A stretch of DNA of 39,277 nt, taken from the IMG/VR virus record IMGVR_UViG_3300032257_000047, positions 1-39,277 of that record. One strand, 5' to 3'. Source of the DNA: a virus. Its lineage: Duplodnaviria > Caudoviricetes. The notes below the pieces were generated by a model. It saw only the letters and a program-made list of their open reading frames with translations. It ran no database searches and was not told where the DNA came from. Positions 36,625-39,277 of this stretch are shown piece by piece. The number at the start of each line of letters is the position of its first letter. Positions within the stretch are counted from its first letter, which is position 1. The position numbers and the translations under genes were made by a program.

Positions 36625-37193
36625 AACACGAATCTAAACATGAAAGTAAGTTACCAGCAATATTCCTTATGATAGCTGCATTGTTATTGTTCTATGCTGT
36701 ATTCATGGCAGTCGTTGAGCTAGTAAATTTTATTAAATAGGAGATGTATGAAAGATAATACAGAACACGCATTCAGCTCATTCCTGGACGTAGTTACCGA
36801 AGGGCTTGACATTCACGAGCAAGAGATGGTAGCCTTGTTATTGATTACTATTTTATGGGATAGATATGACTGTTATTAGGAGAAAGTTATGAGGGTATTG
36901 ATAGAAGGGGATGAAGACATAATTGATAATGTGTTTATTGAGAAGTCAAAATTAAGTACATCACTTGTTATCACAACTAAAGATAAATGGGTTAAATATG
37001 ATTCAACTGGCTGGAGATCAGAGGATGAAGCAAGAACATGGGACTATTTTGCTGGAACGAAGTACGCAGAAGTAGTACTAATCCCAGAGGATGTATCGGA
37101 TAAGGATATACTTGATCGTGTATGGATGGAGCAGCACAATAAAGATCAATTATGGATATTATTTTTACATGAATCTGTATATACGGAGAGTGT

Positions 37194-38789
37194 ATGACAA
37201 AACATAACCAACCATGCCCTAACTGTGGGGATGAAACAGCTCTGACGATATACGATAACGGTACTTATTGTCATAAATGCCATAAATCAGGTGGTGACCA
37301 AGAACCTAAGAAGGAGAGCCGAGTGAGTGCAACACCTATACAAGCAGTACATAATCTCCCAGTAGCTGATATGAGCTTTAGAGGGATTAAGAAAGAGGTA
37401 ACAGAAACATTTGGTACTAAGGCAAGCTTTAACGAGGAGTACGGTACAGTACAAGATGTGTACCATCCTTATTACAAGAATGATAAGATTATTGGGTACA
37501 AGCACAGGAATGTTGACTCAAAGAAGTTCTCAGCTATAGGTAACATGAAGCAAGTAGAGCTATTCGGTCAAAGGCTATGCTCAGGTAATAAAAGATTACT
37601 GGTAACAGGCGGTGAAGAAGATGCTATGGCAGCTTATCAGATGCTTAAGGACTACTCCGATCTTAAATATCCAGGTAAGGGGTTCACGCCTGATGTAGTC
37701 TCATTACCTAAAGGGGAGTCTGTTTCTGGACTTAGTGATAACTTTGAGTTCATTGACCGTTATGAGATGGTTATCGTTTGTACTGATATGGATGAAGTAG
37801 GGAGAAAAGCTGCTGATGATATTGCTTCTCATCTAGGTAGAGAAGGTGTTTATATCTGCGATCTCTCAGAGAAAGATTGTAATGACATGCTCCAGAAAGG
37901 GAAGCAATCAGAGTTCATTAACTCTTTCTTTAGAGCTGATGAGTGGAAACCTGAAGGCTTTGTTGATATAGATATAGACGAGATCCTGACAGCAAAGCCT
38001 GAAGGGATACCTTTACCTTTCAGTGGACTTAATGCTAAGTTACATGGCTTAAGAAAGCAAGAGATTATGCTTATCTGTGCAGGTTCAGGCGTAGGTAAGT
38101 CAACGATTACTAGAGAGATAGCTCTACATTTAATGCAATCAGGTCATACTGTAGGTAATATGTACCTAGAAGAGAGCCAGAATGATACAGCTAGAACTTA
38201 TATAGCTATGCGTAATGCAGTACATCCTATGCGATTCGCTATACATCCAGATATGATACCTCAGGAAAAGATTATACAAGATGTAGAGTTCCTTAACATG
38301 AATGGTGTGTTCTATAAGCACTTCGGCTCACTTAATGACGAAGATCTGATCTCTAAGCTACGTTACATGGTAAAGGTTAAGCAATGCTCTTTCATTATCC
38401 TTGATCATATAAGTATGGTAGTCTCAGGTAGAGCTTCAGCTAATGAGAGAAAGGATATTGATATGTTAATGACTTGTTTAGCTACATTTGTTGTTGACAA
38501 CAACGTAGGATTAGTGCTAGTCTCTCATCTTAGTCGTAACAAGGAGAAGAATTGGGCTAAGGGAGCTATCCCTGACCTTACGGATCTACGAGGTTCAGCT
38601 GCACTTGAACAGCTCTCCTGGAGCATCATAGGAGCCTCTAGGGATCAACAAGGGGACATTCCTAATATGATTAACTTCCATGTGCTTAAGAATAGATCAT
38701 GGGGCTTCTTAGGAAATGCTGGAGCTTGTCAATATCAACCTGAGACTGGTCGTTTACTTGAATTAACTGAGGAATATCTTGATGAGTAA
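37194..38789 (+). CDS. DNA primase-helicase (T7 gp4-like)
   Basis: Zn finger CPNC/CHKC, TOPRIM (GGEEDA, DMD), Walker A AGSGVGKST, ILDHIS and DLRGS..LEQLS. Confidence 0.95.
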   Translation: MTKHNQPCPNCGDETALTIYDNGTYCHKCHKSGGDQEPKKESRVSATPIQAVHNLPVADMSFRGIKKEVTETFGTKASFNEEYGTVQDVYHPYYKNDKIIGYKHRNVDSKKFSAIGNMKQVELFGQRLCSGNKRLLVTGGEEDAMAAYQMLKDYSDLKYPGKGFTPDVVSLPKGESVSGLSDNFEFIDRYEMVIVCTDMDEVGRKAADDIASHLGREGVYICDLSEKDCNDMLQKGKQSEFINSFFRADEWKPEGFVDIDIDEILTAKPEGIPLPFSGLNAKLHGLRKQEIMLICAGSGVGKSTITREIALHLMQSGHTVGNMYLEESQNDTARTYIAMRNAVHPMRFAIHPDMIPQEKIIQDVEFLNMNGVFYKHFGSLNDEDLISKLRYMVKVKQCSFIILDHISMVVSGRASANERKDIDMLMTCLATFVVDNNVGLVLVSHLSRNKEKNWAKGAIPDLTDLRGSAALEQLSWSIIGASRDQQGDIPNMINFHVLKNRSWGFLGNAGACQYQPETGRLLELTEEYLDE

Positions 38790-38949
38790 AATATTAATTA
38801 TTATAGCTACAGTATTTGTAATAGGATGCACCCCAAAGACTAGTGACTTTGATATTGTCACCTTCAATGGGCATTCATATGTTATATATGATGGGTATGA
38901 TAATGATTCAGGGATGGTACATGACCCTGATTGCAAGATGGAGAATTAA
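38782..38949 (+). CDS. Small putative lipoprotein (not in ORF track)
   Basis: MSKILIIIATVFVIG-C lipobox-like signal; GAGGA RBS; 55 aa. Confidence 0.6.
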   Translation: MSKILIIIATVFVIGCTPKTSDFDIVTFNGHSYVIYDGYDNDSGMVHDPDCKMEN

Positions 38950-38950
38950 T

Positions 38951-39124
38951 ATGAGTAACCTAATAGATATGTGGTGCAAGAAGTACGAAGAGTTCCTTGG
39001 TGACTGTACTAAGGATGAAGATGAGTGTGAAGAGTTAGCAGCTCAATGTGCTGATGATTGTGTTCAACAATACATGGAGCAGAAAGAAGACTTTGAGTTA
39101 CAACGAGATAAGGAGGATGTATGA
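38951..39124 (+). CDS. Small acidic hypothetical protein (start 38951 rather than 38843)
   Basis: GGAG RBS upstream of ATG 38951. Confidence 0.65.
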   Translation: MSNLIDMWCKKYEEFLGDCTKDEDECEELAAQCADDCVQQYMEQKEDFELQRDKEDV

Positions 39125-39277
39125 GCATTGAAATACCTGTTGTTATAACAAAAGAAGATAGCTGGAAGTGCGGGGAATGTATGTTCTTAACTACAATGCT
39201 GTTCTCTATAAGAAAGTACGGAATTAAAGAAGACGTTGGGTGTAGGTTGTTTGATGAAAACCTTGAGGTCTGTAATG
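39121..39277 (+). CDS. Cys-rich 64-aa protein spanning the circular junction (continues to the stop at 194-196)
   Basis: AGGAGG RBS; MSIEIPVVITKEDSWKCGEC...CRLF...CDSCPSE stays in frame across the overlap. Confidence 0.7.
   Translation, partial: MSIEIPVVITKEDSWKCGECMFLTTMLFSIRKYGIKEDVGCRLFDENLEVCN
39152..39277. repeat. 126-bp terminal overlap, right copy
   Basis: Identical to 33-158. Confidence 0.95.

Larger units (their letters stand above)
30656..37197 (+). other. Early region of about 30 small, tightly coupled hypothetical genes
   Basis: Contiguous + strand ORFs of about 40-200 aa with GGAG-type RBS motifs and ATGA/TAATG overlaps. Confidence 0.8.

Noticed and set aside
39152-39277. 126-bp repeat as the biological terminal repeat
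   Set aside because: It lies mid-ORF in the replication module and its length is typical of an assembler overlap. The real termini are more likely near 29.6 kb.

Overview
The window is an essentially complete lytic podovirus-type phage genome. It is circularly permuted: bases 33-158 are identical to 39152-39277, giving a unit length of 39,119 bp, and bases 1-32 appear to be a fold-back artefact. Two opposed arms diverge from a largely non-coding control region at about 29.3-30.65 kb. The + arm carries many small early genes (including an Ocr-like acidic protein and a C5 DNA methyltransferase), a T7 gp4-like primase-helicase, a family A DNA polymerase split into separate exonuclease and polymerase genes, a probable SSB, a 5'-3' exonuclease, endonuclease VII, a metallophosphoesterase and a DUF3310-like protein. 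The - arm carries TerS, TerL, portal, scaffold, major capsid, tail adaptor/hub/fibre, three probable ejection proteins, two beta-helix adhesins or depolymerases, and lysis genes. I saw no RNA polymerase, integrase, tRNA or CRISPR array, and the promoters are host sigma70 type. The organisation resembles LUZ24/phiEco32/SIO1-type podoviruses (inference, no search run). The most striking signal is in the control region near the presumed genome terminus. It holds a dense cluster of near-perfect host regulator binding motifs: 3 DnaA boxes, 2 LuxO-type boxes, and single NtrC, AlgR and IHF boxes. This is a candidate DNA 'decoy' or host-sensing array.
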